Of a stretch of 64,000 nucleotides of DNA, positions 10,286 to 20,270 are shown one piece after another; positions within the stretch are counted from its first letter, which is position 1, and each line of letters starts with the position of its first letter. A model generated the notes under the pieces. The model did no database searches, had not been told where the DNA came from, and was given only the letters and a program-made list of their open reading frames with translations. The stretch lies in IMG/VR virus record IMGVR_UViG_3300034061_006011; one strand, written 5' to 3'. This DNA is from a virus. Its lineage: Duplodnaviria; Caudoviricetes. Both the position numbers and the translations under genes were made by a program.

Positions 10286-10879
10286 ATGAACTTTAAAGAA
10301 TTTATTTATAATGAAACATCAACAGCTAGCCTAGACCTCGTTGGCTATAACTGCCGTCAAATAGAACCAGACACAGATCCACACTTCGGTCAAGTACATG
10401 TCTCTGGTCCCAGCGAAGAAGACATGAGTGCTGAAGTATTCGTCAAAAGATATATCGAAAATATCATAGAAGAAAAGGACTACTACGAATTCATAAAAGA
10501 ATATGGAGACGATCCATATGAGAAAAATCAATCACTCACAACAGAACGCCAACAATGGATGGTAAAAGCTGCCAATTTTCTTAACAAAAAAGGATACAGA
10601 ATGCTATTCTGCGGCGATAAACCAGAAAAAATCTATGGAGAAAATTGCTACGCAGTCTATATCGATAAAACAAAAATTATTAATATCACACGTCGTGACT
10701 ATTACCCAATGACAGACGAAATAGACGAAATCACAGAAGAAACTATCATCACTTGGAAAATACCATACAACCCAATCCTCGTAAATATCAAAACATTACC
10801 AACAAAATTACCAAAACCAATTCCACTCATCAGACCAAGAAGACGATCAGATCGAAATGGAGATCACGAATTCCTATAA
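10286..10879 (+). CDS. Hypothetical protein with CTS-like start
   Basis: MNFKEFIYNE; late box upstream. Confidence 0.6.
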   Translation: MNFKEFIYNETSTASLDLVGYNCRQIEPDTDPHFGQVHVSGPSEEDMSAEVFVKRYIENIIEEKDYYEFIKEYGDDPYEKNQSLTTERQQWMVKAANFLNKKGYRMLFCGDKPEKIYGENCYAVYIDKTKIINITRRDYYPMTDEIDEITEETIITWKIPYNPILVNIKTLPTKLPKPIPLIRPRRRSDRNGDHEFL

Positions 10880-10959
10880 CCCAATACCAGAAATATTACA
10901 CACCACTTCTACACAAATTAAATCAACATACATAAATACACCTGAGCAAATCATAACAC

Positions 10960-11868
10960 CTAATAAATCCGTTCTCCTCTGACGGACTCACTCGTCCTCT
11001 GCTTCCATTGGTCCCTTAAAACATCTCTTCGCATCATAGCTGCCTTGGAAAACGGCTCAACAGCCAAATGTGCAGCCGGAAGGTCAAATGCCTGCTGCGG
11101 CGTTTCTCCCACCAATAAGTCCTTCACAGTCATAGTTGTTACTGATTTCCCACCCTTATCAAATGTATTTACAAAAATAGTTGTATTCATAGTAGCAGGC
11201 TGATACAGGAGAGCTTCATCATCACTAGTTGACCTGACACGCTGATTCTTGGCACAAATAGCCTTAAGGCAATTTATCAATTTCTCCTTGTCATACGAAT
11301 ACATGTCGAAATTGTTGGCACCCCTCACAAGTATCATACCAGCATCCTTCATCGCCTCTACTTCAAGCTGCTCTTCTCCATGACCCATAGCTATCTTCTG
11401 CAAAATTGATGAAGCCGATCCCAAAGCCTCATCCAACCCTTTAGCCATTATTTGCTCAATATAATTTTCACATTCTTTATCATTATTATACACATCAGAG
11501 GATATCATGTCGCTAATTACCGAATACATCAAACCAAAATTTTCATGATTGATGTATGTCTTATCGGAAGGAGGAAAAAAGAAACCGGAAGAATGAACAT
11601 GACCACGCCTGACATCTCTCTCTTCTCTCTCAAGCTTTTCCTTGTTAACACAAGGATTGTTCCTAAAATTAGTATAAAAATCAAATAAAGCTTTTTTGTA
11701 TTTCGTGACATAATATTGCGATATTAAATCTGTATGTCCTCTGGATCTGTCAGATCTTATGGCATTCTGCAACTTACCATTTGGATAATATATCCATTCG
11801 CCCTTGATGCAGGACTCTCCTTCACTCTCATTTTCTCTCATCAAAACCCAATCCATAAAACGAATCAT
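10960..11868 (-). CDS. Hypothetical protein with CTS-like start
   Basis: MIRFMDWVLMRENE; 302 aa ORF. Confidence 0.65.
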   Translation of the reverse strand: MIRFMDWVLMRENESEGESCIKGEWIYYPNGKLQNAIRSDRSRGHTDLISQYYVTKYKKALFDFYTNFRNNPCVNKEKLEREERDVRRGHVHSSGFFFPPSDKTYINHENFGLMYSVISDMISSDVYNNDKECENYIEQIMAKGLDEALGSASSILQKIAMGHGEEQLEVEAMKDAGMILVRGANNFDMYSYDKEKLINCLKAICAKNQRVRSTSDDEALLYQPATMNTTIFVNTFDKGGKSVTTMTVKDLLVGETPQQAFDLPAAHLAVEPFSKAAMMRRDVLRDQWKQRTSESVRGERIY

Positions 11869-11917
11869 ATAATCTCCAATATTTAATTACCCATGTATAT
11901 TTATTCCAAATAATTAA

Positions 11918-12127
11918 AAACCTCACCCAATAGAACAACTAAAAGCCAAAAGAATTAAAATAACCATCAACCCCGGAGATTGGGTCTGCCTCACAAGAAA
12001 TTATGCAAAAGAACACGGAGAAGGAAGCCTGAATAACGTATTCAAAATAATATCCAAAACAGTACCAGCTAAACACCTATTCACTAACGGTGACATGCTA
12101 CAAGAATTCGGTTACGACCCTTCTTAA
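11918..12127 (+). pseudogene. C-terminal fragment of a phage ART-like gene without start codon
   Basis: Open frame after TAA at 11915 reading INPGDWVCLTRNYAKEHG...LFTNGDMLQEFGYDPS*; no usable ATG. Confidence 0.55.
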
Positions 12128-12134
12128 TACACAT

Positions 12135-12731
12135 TTATACCGCACGAATATTTTGTAAAAATTTCTTCTTTTCCAAAGGACTCGACTCCATTGTCAAATT
12201 CTCTGGAATAGATGGATAACCCTTCGGAACATATTCCCTTTCATATATATCTCTCCTCATCCATTGATTTATTTTTACCGAAACATATGAAGGAAATAAA
12301 CCCTTGATGGCAAAAATATCATACGCATCTCTGCGACCTTCAGGATTCGTTATTATTCCAGTAACAGGATTGGCAGTTTTTGTTTTTGACGGACTCCATA
12401 TCAGATAATCAGGATTATTATTTTTGATAAACTCACCAATTGCATAAAAAACAGCACCAATCACCTTAATACCAACTCCACGCCTCTCATCCTTAGAATT
12501 GTTACTTCCCCTTTTAAACTCAACTTCATAACTATTCGATTTCAACTCCTCAAACCAGACCAAATAACACCACTTGGGACTACAATCATCACCCTCAACA
12601 TCGAAGTAAAACAAATCATTGCGACTCCACTCCGAATGCTTCGGCTTACCTCCATCAGTTCCCACAATAGTCATCTCGCTTAACCACAAATAATCATCTG
12701 TTCGGTCCAAATATTCAAAAAATGTTTTCAT
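12135..12731 (-). CDS. Hypothetical protein with CTS-like start
   Basis: Start moved to MKTFFEYL at 12731. Confidence 0.65.
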   Translation of the reverse strand: MKTFFEYLDRTDDYLWLSEMTIVGTDGGKPKHSEWSRNDLFYFDVEGDDCSPKWCYLVWFEELKSNSYEVEFKRGSNNSKDERRGVGIKVIGAVFYAIGEFIKNNNPDYLIWSPSKTKTANPVTGIITNPEGRRDAYDIFAIKGLFPSYVSVKINQWMRRDIYEREYVPKGYPSIPENLTMESSPLEKKKFLQNIRAV

Positions 12732-12735
12732 AATA

Positions 12736-13899
12736 TCAACTGCCCCTTCTATCCATAATAACTTCACCCCTGCAACCATCTATAATTGAATGGTAAGAGG
12801 CTGCAATTTCATTAAATCTACTGTCCAAACCATCTAGCAAACTATCAAAATTTTCCGGTTCCCTACCTGCAAATAATTTTTGCAACTTTACTTTGTAATT
12901 AGGATCAACTATCGGCAACCTTCCTCCTTGAGTTAACCAAAATACAAATATCTCCATTTGTAACTCCCCAGAATTTAAAGCCTGTTGTAAATCCATTTTC
13001 GATTTTATAAATTGACCCGATCTGGCTCCAGATATTATCTTAAACGCTTCCTTTATACTCCAAATACTAGGAAACAAAATTGTTAGAAAATCTATAGTTA
13101 TATTCCCTATTCTTTTTTGTATTTCTTCATCAGTATACAAAGCTTCTTTATTACCATCTTTCAACACATCAATCCAACCTTGATAAAACTGTGGATACAT
13201 CGGACTAACCAAAAAGTCTTTCAAAAGTTCCTTAACTAAATTTTCAGCTCTAACACAATCCTCCTGAATTTTATTCATGTATGTGTTGCCATAATCTGCT
13301 GTACGAGCAAGTGACCCTCTATCAAAAATACCATGTGCAAATGTGTGAAGAATCAACCAAGGAGTCAAAGGATCAGCAGCAGTACTCGTCTTCATGTAAA
13401 CAATATCATTCTCACTTATGTTCATTCCGTCACGACCATAAAAATAATTTTTTAATTGATTGTAGTTGTCTTTAGTTAACTCTTTACTTATGGTAAATCC
13501 TGACTTAATATCATCTTTAGGATAACCAAAATAGAAATGTATGTTCACAATACCAAGCTTCTCTAACTTCTTTTCAAGACCAGACATTATCAATTTAAAA
13601 TTTCTAGGATTCTCTATAATTTTCTTGTCACCACCTTTAAAATTGTGATCCCAACCAGAACTACCATATCGACTACCAACATCATCAGAATCAATATCCT
13701 TGTCTGGAAAATGCTTTTTATACTCATCACCATAATTTGAACCAAATTGAGAAGACCAACCATAATCATTAGACGGCGGCTGATTTTGCAAACCCTGTGA
13801 AAGATTATGCTGAACCGGATAACCTCCAACTGACCCTAAAACTTCATCAATTGTAAATTTATTGTCATTAATCAAAAACCACTCTTTAAATCTTTTCAT
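12736..13899 (-). CDS. Zincin-like protein, paralog of 719..1534
   Basis: LTPWLILHTFAHG and ELQMEIF; MKRFKEWFL start. Confidence 0.55.
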   Translation of the reverse strand: MKRFKEWFLINDNKFTIDEVLGSVGGYPVQHNLSQGLQNQPPSNDYGWSSQFGSNYGDEYKKHFPDKDIDSDDVGSRYGSSGWDHNFKGGDKKIIENPRNFKLIMSGLEKKLEKLGIVNIHFYFGYPKDDIKSGFTISKELTKDNYNQLKNYFYGRDGMNISENDIVYMKTSTAADPLTPWLILHTFAHGIFDRGSLARTADYGNTYMNKIQEDCVRAENLVKELLKDFLVSPMYPQFYQGWIDVLKDGNKEALYTDEEIQKRIGNITIDFLTILFPSIWSIKEAFKIISGARSGQFIKSKMDLQQALNSGELQMEIFVFWLTQGGRLPIVDPNYKVKLQKLFAGREPENFDSLLDGLDSRFNEIAASYHSIIDGCRGEVIMDRRGS

Positions 13900-14037
13900 A
13901 ATACATATCTATCCCACAAAAACAAAAACCCTACCACCCCCAAAAAAATACCCCGGCGCATTTTTTTAAACCCCATACCTTCATATATTTTTAACCTATT
14001 ACCACATATACACAATACCATGTCACAACATTTCTGT

Positions 14038-14160
14038 AAAATGAAATAAAATTATTCCAGATTTTTAGAAAATGAAATAAAATTATTCCAGATTTTTAGA
14101 AAATGAAATAAAATTATTCCAAAATTTTAGAAAATGAAATAAAATTATTCCAAAATTTTT
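14038..14160. repeat. Four tandem copies of a 31 bp AT-rich unit
   Basis: AAAATGAAATAAAATTATTCCA(G/A)A(T/A)TTTTAG x4. Confidence 0.9.
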
Positions 14161-14342
14161 TAAATAAATCAAGATGAACAACAAAAGGGAGCCATGATGG
14201 CGGGGGGATACCCCCCTACCCCACTCTCTTTTGGGGAATGTCAAGTGCAATTATGTTATGGCAACTTTGTAACATAATTAAAAAACCCCTATAAAACAAG
14301 TGCGGCGCAATTGTGTTATCACGCCGCCTGCCTATTCTGTTA

Positions 14343-14522
14343 TCACCTTACCCACTTCATAGTTATGTTAGCCTGAACCTTTGGCTTATCCCCCTCCCAT
14401 TCAGTATTGATATTCACTTCTGTTATCTGCCTTGTCGGCTTGCGGTCATGGTGTTGAACGTGTTGGCAACCTACCGACAACACCACAACCAATAACATAA
14501 TTAACCTTACCATGGTCATCAT
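14343..14522 (-). CDS. Small putative lipoprotein
   Basis: Hydrophobic signal ending LSVGC; start at 14522 or 14513. Confidence 0.45.
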   Translation of the reverse strand: MMTMVRLIMLLVVVLSVGCQHVQHHDRKPTRQITEVNINTEWEGDKPKVQANITMKWVR

Positions 14523-14656
14523 CCTTGAATGCCGATTGATCCCCACACTACTATTATCGGCATTCAACCAACCAGACTTGAACCAACCTAAAGATTCTTC
14601 CTAACCACATTTTAGTATCCTAAGTTTGTCCGCATTGTCTCAATTGAAATAACAAT

Positions 14657-14689
14657 AAAAAAACCCCCTTCTCCGGGTGGAGAAGGGGG
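14657..14689 (-). terminator. Intrinsic terminator; identical copy at 19115..19147
   Basis: CCCCCTTCTCC/GGAGAAGGGGG stem with T-tract on the minus strand. Confidence 0.85.
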
Positions 14690-14710
14690 CTGTTGATTAT
14701 TGTTAGCCTA

Positions 14711-15376
14711 TCATTCAGATAACAGAATCATTTCTAATTCCCCCCCACGGATTCCCATTGAAGGGAATCCCTTGGCTGAATAAATTCTTTCGATTGCGTC
14801 TTCGGACGTTAGCCCGAAGACGTTTTGCAATTGTTGGAACAGGCACTTCAAATGGCGATCCAGTGCCAACTTTGTTATCACAATAACAAAGTTTTCAATG
14901 GTGCCGTTAACACGGCACGCCGTCCCAGTGGGACGGTTGATTTCAAAATTAACCGTCCCAAGACGGTTCACATCCCACTTATAACGCCCACTGGCGGATT
15001 GATCCGCCGGTGTTGGTAGTGGGTGTTGACAATTACAATAAGTATCCTGATCCGCATTGAAATAGTCCGCCCAATCAATGGGCGTTCCAATGCACGCCCA
15101 AAGATGCCCAAACGAATGGGCGATTTTACGGGACACCCGCAATTGTGCGGGTGTCATTTTTGAAGTCTCAAAACTGAATTCATCGGGATACCGAAGTGGC
15201 TCGCCACTCCAGTGGCGTGAACAGTCTCGCTTGCCCCGTAGGGCAAGCGATGCGATTTCAGCGGCATTGGGTGCCGCAGCGTTCTTCCTGATCCAGTGGT
15301 TGAGATACGCAACACGACCGGTTGCGGTTGCGGTTGCGGTTGCGGTTGCGGTGGCGGTGGCGGTTGAAATGGTCAT
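14711..15376 (-). CDS. Hypothetical protein with N-terminal Thr-Ala repeat
   Basis: Start moved to MTISTATAT, downstream of promoter and leader hairpins. Confidence 0.6.
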   Translation of the reverse strand: MTISTATATATATATATATGRVAYLNHWIRKNAAAPNAAEIASLALRGKRDCSRHWSGEPLRYPDEFSFETSKMTPAQLRVSRKIAHSFGHLWACIGTPIDWADYFNADQDTYCNCQHPLPTPADQSASGRYKWDVNRLGTVNFEINRPTGTACRVNGTIENFVIVITKLALDRHLKCLFQQLQNVFGLTSEDAIERIYSAKGFPSMGIRGGELEMILLSE

Positions 15377-15738
15377 GTTCGATACTCTCATGCCCGTTTC
15401 AGGTACGGGTGGACCTTGGCTAAGGTGAACCACAACATGCGGTTCACCTACGACTATCTTAACATCATCCCCAACTAGGTCAAGAGAAAATCCACCCAAG
15501 AGAAAAGATTCCTCCCATCCACATTTTAGTATCCTAGTGTTGTCTCAATTGTCCAGCAATAGGATTCCTCCCATCCACATTTTAGTATCCTAGTGTTGTC
15601 CACATTGTCCAGCAATAGGATTCCTCCCATCCACATTTTAGTATCCTAGTGTTGTCTCAATTGTATCAATTCAGATAACAATAAAAAAACCCCCTTGACT
15701 TGTCTGTCAAGGGGGTGGTTGATTAAGTTAGCCGATTG

Positions 15739-15945
15739 TTATTTAATTTTGTCGAGCCACATATCGATGATTCCAGAAACCAGTTTCCTTTCCTTTGGTT
15801 TCATTCTTAGAAACATTTTTAGATGTTCAACGATTTTCTCGAATCGTTCCAGCTCATTTTTGATTCTTTTAAGTTGTTTGTCTACCCTCTTTGGGCGAGA
15901 AACCTTTCCATCAACAATGCGGCTTGATTCGTTTTCAGTTCTCAT
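15739..15945 (-). CDS. Hypothetical basic helical protein
   Basis: Own promoter, leader and terminator. Confidence 0.6.
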   Translation of the reverse strand: MRTENESSRIVDGKVSRPKRVDKQLKRIKNELERFEKIVEHLKMFLRMKPKERKLVSGIIDMWLDKIK

Positions 15946-16192
15946 GGTATTCGATCCATACGGTTTTCAGGGGAACCGGGAACCTAGAAGCGGCACACTA
16001 TGCGCCGCCTCATGCATTCATTCTACCATCATCCCCAACTAGGTCAAGGGAAAAGAAAAGATTCCTCCCATACACATTTTAGTATCCTAGTGTTGTCTCA
16101 ATTGTCCAGCACAATATCAAAATTGAAATAACAATAAAAAAACCCCCTTGACTTGTCTGTCAAGGGGGCTGTAGTTTTGTTATCTGATATTG

Positions 16193-16459
16193 TTATTTTG
16201 TGAACGCCTCCAGTATTGCCTTCATGGCAACGTCTCTTATTTCACTCTTAGGCAAACGCATGATTGCCCGCATACAAGAGATTTTATTCTTGTAGCTTTT
16301 GAGTAGGTCATCCAATGGCGTTTTCTCCCTTGCGTGGGGTATTTCCGGCAGATTAAACCGCTGTGGCTTATCGCACTTAATGTATTCCTTGTATTCCTTT
16401 TCCCGCTTGTCGGCGGTTGGAGAAACGGTTGCGGCAACGGCGTTACGCTCAATTTTCAT
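16193..16459 (-). CDS. Hypothetical protein
   Basis: Own promoter, leader and terminator. Confidence 0.6.
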   Translation of the reverse strand: MKIERNAVAATVSPTADKREKEYKEYIKCDKPQRFNLPEIPHAREKTPLDDLLKSYKNKISCMRAIMRLPKSEIRDVAMKAILEAFTK

Positions 16460-16769
16460 AGCAGTCGATCCAACCGGTTTTCAGGGGAACCGGGAACCTA
16501 GAAACGGCACACTATGCGCCGCCTCATGAAGTCATTCTAACAACGTCCCCAACTAGGTCAAGAGAAAATCCACCCAAGAGAAAAGATTCCTCCCATCCAC
16601 ATTTTAGTATCCTAAAGTTGTCCGTATTGTATCTTAAGAGGAATTCCTCCCATCCACATTTTAGTATCCTAAAGTTGTCCGTATTGTATCGTAATAGGAA
16701 TTCCTTCCATCCACATTTTAGTATCCTAAAGTTGTCTTAATTATCTAGAACGATATCAAAAAAGGGTGT

Positions 16770-16890
16770 AATAGTGTTAGCCGATAACGAAATAGCGGAG
16801 ATAACGAAATGGCGGGAATAGTGTTAGCCGATAACGAAATAGCGAAGATAACGAAATGAAGGTAATAGTGTTAGCAGATAACGAAATTAA
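16770..16890. repeat. 47 bp-period array of AATAGTGTTAGCnGATAACGAAAT
   Basis: Units start at 16770, 16817 and 16864; five GATAACG cores. Confidence 0.85.
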
Positions 16891-16956
16891 AGATATGAAA
16901 ACAAAAAAACCCCGCAAGCCTTTCGACTTGCGGGGCAGATTGACCGGCAGGGGTTG

Positions 16957-17475
16957 TCATGTTGTCGTGTGTGATGTAATCTTGATCACATTATTGGAAA
17001 CACCTTGATAAACCGGAGACATCTTACCCGCATGAGTGAACTCAATTCCGTAATTGGCACCGACACGGAATTCGGTTTCCGTTCCGGGTTCATAAGCCAC
17101 GAAACCGATATTCGTTGCCTCATGAACAAAGTTCACGATGCGAGTTGGTTTCCCATATCCCCAGCGTACTGGTGAAACCCCTACGCATATCACTTCAATA
17201 TTGTAATTACCCGGCTCAATCGCTTGAGTGATTGGCGTTGGCAATTTAATAGCTGCAATTGGTGCAAGTGGTGCAATTGGTGCAATTGGTGCCACTGGTG
17301 GCACTTGCGCCACTGGTGCCACTGGTGGCACTTGCGCCACTTGCGCCAACGCTGCCCTAAGCGTTGCCAATTGTTCGGGGTTGAAACCCCGAACAAGATC
17401 AAGCATCGACTGGCTTGCATCGATTGCCACTGGTGCGGAAACGGACTTGGCGTTCTTGCGGGGTGCCATGGTCAT
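16957..17475 (-). CDS. Hypothetical protein with Pro/Ala/Val/Ile low-complexity linker
   Basis: Start moved to GGAG-led MTMAPRK at 17475. Confidence 0.65.
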   Translation of the reverse strand: MTMAPRKNAKSVSAPVAIDASQSMLDLVRGFNPEQLATLRAALAQVAQVPPVAPVAQVPPVAPIAPIAPLAPIAAIKLPTPITQAIEPGNYNIEVICVGVSPVRWGYGKPTRIVNFVHEATNIGFVAYEPGTETEFRVGANYGIEFTHAGKMSPVYQGVSNNVIKITSHTTT

Positions 17476-17791
17476 AAACTCCATGCCAGTTTCAGGATAC
17501 TGGCGGAACCGGTTAAGGTGAACCACAACATGCGGTTCACCTACAAGCATCATAGGGAAACCGTTTCACTAGGTCAAGCGAATTCCCAAGAAAGTTTCCT
17601 TACAAATTCTTAAGATCCGCGGACCCCCCCCCCTCCCATCCACATTTTAGTATCCTAAAGTTGTCTCAATTGTCCAGTCTGGTAACAAAAAAGGAATTCC
17701 TCCCATCCACATTTTAGTATCCTAAAGTTGTCTCAATTGTTTCTAAAAAAAACAAAATTAAATTATAATATTTAATTTCATAATTAAAATA

Positions 17792-17955
17792 GTTATCAGA
17801 TAACGAAAGTGGCAATAATGTTAGCCGATAACGGAATAGGGGAGATAACGGAAACGGTAATAGTGTTAGCGGATAACGTAAGTGGGAATAGTGTTAGCGG
17901 ATAACGGAAGTGGGAATAGTGTTAGCGAATAACGGAATAGGGGAGATAACGAAAT
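17792..17955. repeat. Second GTTA(G/T)CnGATAAC palindrome array
   Basis: Perfect GTTATCAGATAAC at 17792-17804, then about six imperfect copies; followed by the same terminator as the first array. Confidence 0.85.
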
Positions 17956-18027
17956 TACCGATATGAAAACAAAAAAACCCCGCAAGCCTTTCGACTTGCG
18001 GGGCAGGATTGCCGATATGTTATTCGA

Positions 18028-18285
18028 TTATGCACCAAGCCAGATGATCTTGGTGTTCTTATTGGCAAGATGACGGGTGAGCAGGAAGACGAGATCAGTG
18101 TCTTCCTTTTTTGAAATCATCTTGATTACGTCACCGTTTCGATCAACGGTCAATTGAACCGAAGTTCCTTCAATCTGGTTCATTCCAAGGCTTGTCACCT
18201 TGGAAGTGGACAACGCTTCAACAATTGCGTTATCTACTTTTGCGTCGATGAGAACAGCAATCGAAACCTGAATATTGTTATTCAC
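18028..18285 (-). CDS. Hypothetical protein
   Basis: GTG start; promoter at about 18360-18390; terminator downstream. Confidence 0.55.
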   Translation of the reverse strand: MNNNIQVSIAVLIDAKVDNAIVEALSTSKVTSLGMNQIEGTSVQLTVDRNGDVIKMISKKEDTDLVFLLTRHLANKNTKIIWLGA

Positions 18286-18545
18286 GGTAAGAATCTCAAT
18301 CCGGTCTTAAGGTGAACCGGTGACCTAGGCTTGTTGAACCATTCACCAAGCCATGAACGTATTAGACCACAAACGCCAAACCACGTCAAGAGAAAATTCC
18401 AGCAGGAGAAAATTCCTTCCATCCACATTTTAGTATCCTAAAGTTGTCTCAATTGTCCAGTCTGATAACAAAATTGAAATAACAATAAAAAAACCCCCTT
18501 GTCCGGGGGGACAAGGGGGCTGTCAATTTTGTTCTGTTATGAGAT

Positions 18546-18779
18546 TCACCACCAAGCGGTAGCGTTCTCCTTGCTCACTTCTGAAATCTTGATCAATATC
18601 GAAACGAGACTATCACGAAGCTCGTCATTCGATTGATCATTTCTGAATTCTTCAACGAGTACCTTGTACTTGGCTACAAGCTTTTCAATCTTTGAAATAA
18701 CATTGAGAAGCTGTTTGCTTGGAACCTTGGAAGCTTGGGCTTCCTCTTCTGCCGTCATGATTCTGTTATCGTTGTTCAT
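18546..18779 (-). CDS. Hypothetical coiled-coil protein
   Basis: Start moved to GGAG-led MNNDNR. Confidence 0.6.
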   Translation of the reverse strand: MNNDNRIMTAEEEAQASKVPSKQLLNVISKIEKLVAKYKVLVEEFRNDQSNDELRDSLVSILIKISEVSKENATAWW

Positions 18780-19169
18780 TTTGTTTTCTCCAGTGCTTTG
18801 CGACACCATGCCGCATTGAGCAAACACAATTTACCACAACCAACCGCAGCTTGTCAACAACACTATTTGCCCCTATTACGGTAGGAGATATACAGCCGTG
18901 TATATGTAGGGATTAGTATGCAAGATATGCAACGCCGATGGTGAACCGTCGATAAGCCGAACGGATTAGATAAGCATAAGACGGAACCGTCCCATCCACA
19001 TTTTAGTATCCTAAAGTTGTCTCAATTGTCCACGCAGATATCAAAACGACGATATGCCCCATCCACATTTTAGTATCGTAAAGCTAGTGGAATAGTAGCT
19101 TATTAAATAACAATAAAAAAACCCCCTTCTCCGGGTGGAGAAGGGGGCGGTTGATTATGTTAGCCTAAC

Positions 19170-20270
19170 TTATTTGGCTTCTTGATTTACCTTTTCAAGA
19201 GACTTCAGAATCATTGCAAGCTCATGGCGGCTTGCACAATTCTTAGCACCTTCAATATGTCCTGCAAAATCTGAAATGAACTTCCGTGCTTCAGATTTTG
19301 CATCACATTGTTTTTCAAGGAATAACAAAAGTCCATCGATTTCCTCCCTAGACAATCCCTTTTGCCGCTTTTCGGCGGTTGGGGAAACAGTTGGTTGGTT
19401 CAATGGTGGCAGTGGTTGACGTGATGGAGGAAGGACAGAAGAAGGAGTCTTCGGGTCCACTTTAGGTGGCATTGCTGCACCTGAAAGATTGATAGGTGGA
19501 AGATCTTTCTTCTTCTCTTCGATCTTAGCTACGGCTTTGGCTTCTGCTTTTGTGGCAGCAGAAGGAGCAATACCAGAATTGATTCCTTTATCGGCAAGCT
19601 TCTTGTCGATAACGTCAATAATTTTATCGTTGAGCTTCTTCTTCTCTTCCTTGCTCTTGTCCATTTCTGAAATCACTTCGGTTGCTGCGGCAATGTCCGC
19701 CATGACTTCAGGAGGAACAGCCTTTCCATTCTTCCTTTCTAACAAACGAAAAGCGGAAGACTTCGTATATTCTCCTTCATGGATAGACAATTGAATTGCT
19801 TCGGGCAACTTGAGCAATTTCAAAAAGTTTGATACTTCAGAATCTGAAATATTAAAATGCGCTGCTATGGTCTTTTGTGTCCAATTGAATTCCTCCTTAG
19901 CCCGTAGCATATCCTTAGCCCGATCAATGAATGAAGGATTGTGATATGAATTCTCAACAATCTGAATTACGAAATGATCTTCTCTGGTCCTTGCCTTGTA
20001 AACAAGAGCTGGAATCTCCTTTAATCCAGCTTCTTTAGCTGCCATGGTACGGCGAATGCCGCCCATGACTTCAAAAGTGCCGTCTTCCTTTTCATTCAGA
20101 ATGATATTCTGAAGAACTCCATGAATCTTAATGTTATTTGCCAATTCTGTGATTGACGCTGGGTCCATTCCAGCCTTCCGATTCCTTGACAAATCATAAT
20201 TGATTTTGTCAAGAGCAACGATCATCCGAACAGAAGCAGGTGAAGAAGAAACCTTAGATGCCTTAGCCAT
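19170..20270 (-). CDS. parB: ParB/Spo0J-family partition protein
   Basis: ELANNIKIHGVLQNI, GGIRRTMAA, IVENS, HTH WTQKTIAAHFNISDSEVSNFLKLLKLP; SD-led start at 20270. Confidence 0.85.
   Translation of the reverse strand: MAKASKVSSSPASVRMIVALDKINYDLSRNRKAGMDPASITELANNIKIHGVLQNIILNEKEDGTFEVMGGIRRTMAAKEAGLKEIPALVYKARTREDHFVIQIVENSYHNPSFIDRAKDMLRAKEEFNWTQKTIAAHFNISDSEVSNFLKLLKLPEAIQLSIHEGEYTKSSAFRLLERKNGKAVPPEVMADIAAATEVISEMDKSKEEKKKLNDKIIDVIDKKLADKGINSGIAPSAATKAEAKAVAKIEEKKKDLPPINLSGAAMPPKVDPKTPSSVLPPSRQPLPPLNQPTVSPTAEKRQKGLSREEIDGLLLFLEKQCDAKSEARKFISDFAGHIEGAKNCASRHELAMILKSLEKVNQEAK

Larger units (their letters stand above)
8787..10938 (+). promoter_or_regulatory. Four copies of a ~32 bp late-promoter unit CTCTACACAAATTAAATCAACATACATAAATA
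   Basis: Copies at 8787, 9915, 10249 and 10908; the first three precede ATGs by 5-6 nt. Confidence 0.75.
15393..18815 (-). promoter_or_regulatory. Structured 5' leaders with conserved loops GCATRKTGT and CCTGAA
   Basis: Hairpins at 15393-15448, 15961-16008, 16476-16522, 17485-17541 and 18799-18815, each downstream of a sigma70-like promoter. Confidence 0.7.

Noticed and set aside
15505-16740. 56-57 bp tandem repeats as a CRISPR array
   Set aside because: The intervening sequences are near-identical rather than unique spacers, and no cas gene is visible
17623-17633. Poly-C tract as a phase-variation switch
   Set aside because: Intergenic, upstream of the -35 region, and a single homopolymer may be a sequencing artefact
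15078-19794. Plus-strand ORFs 15078, 17224, 17228 and 19489
   Set aside because: Shadows of minus-strand genes that have promoters, SDs and terminators
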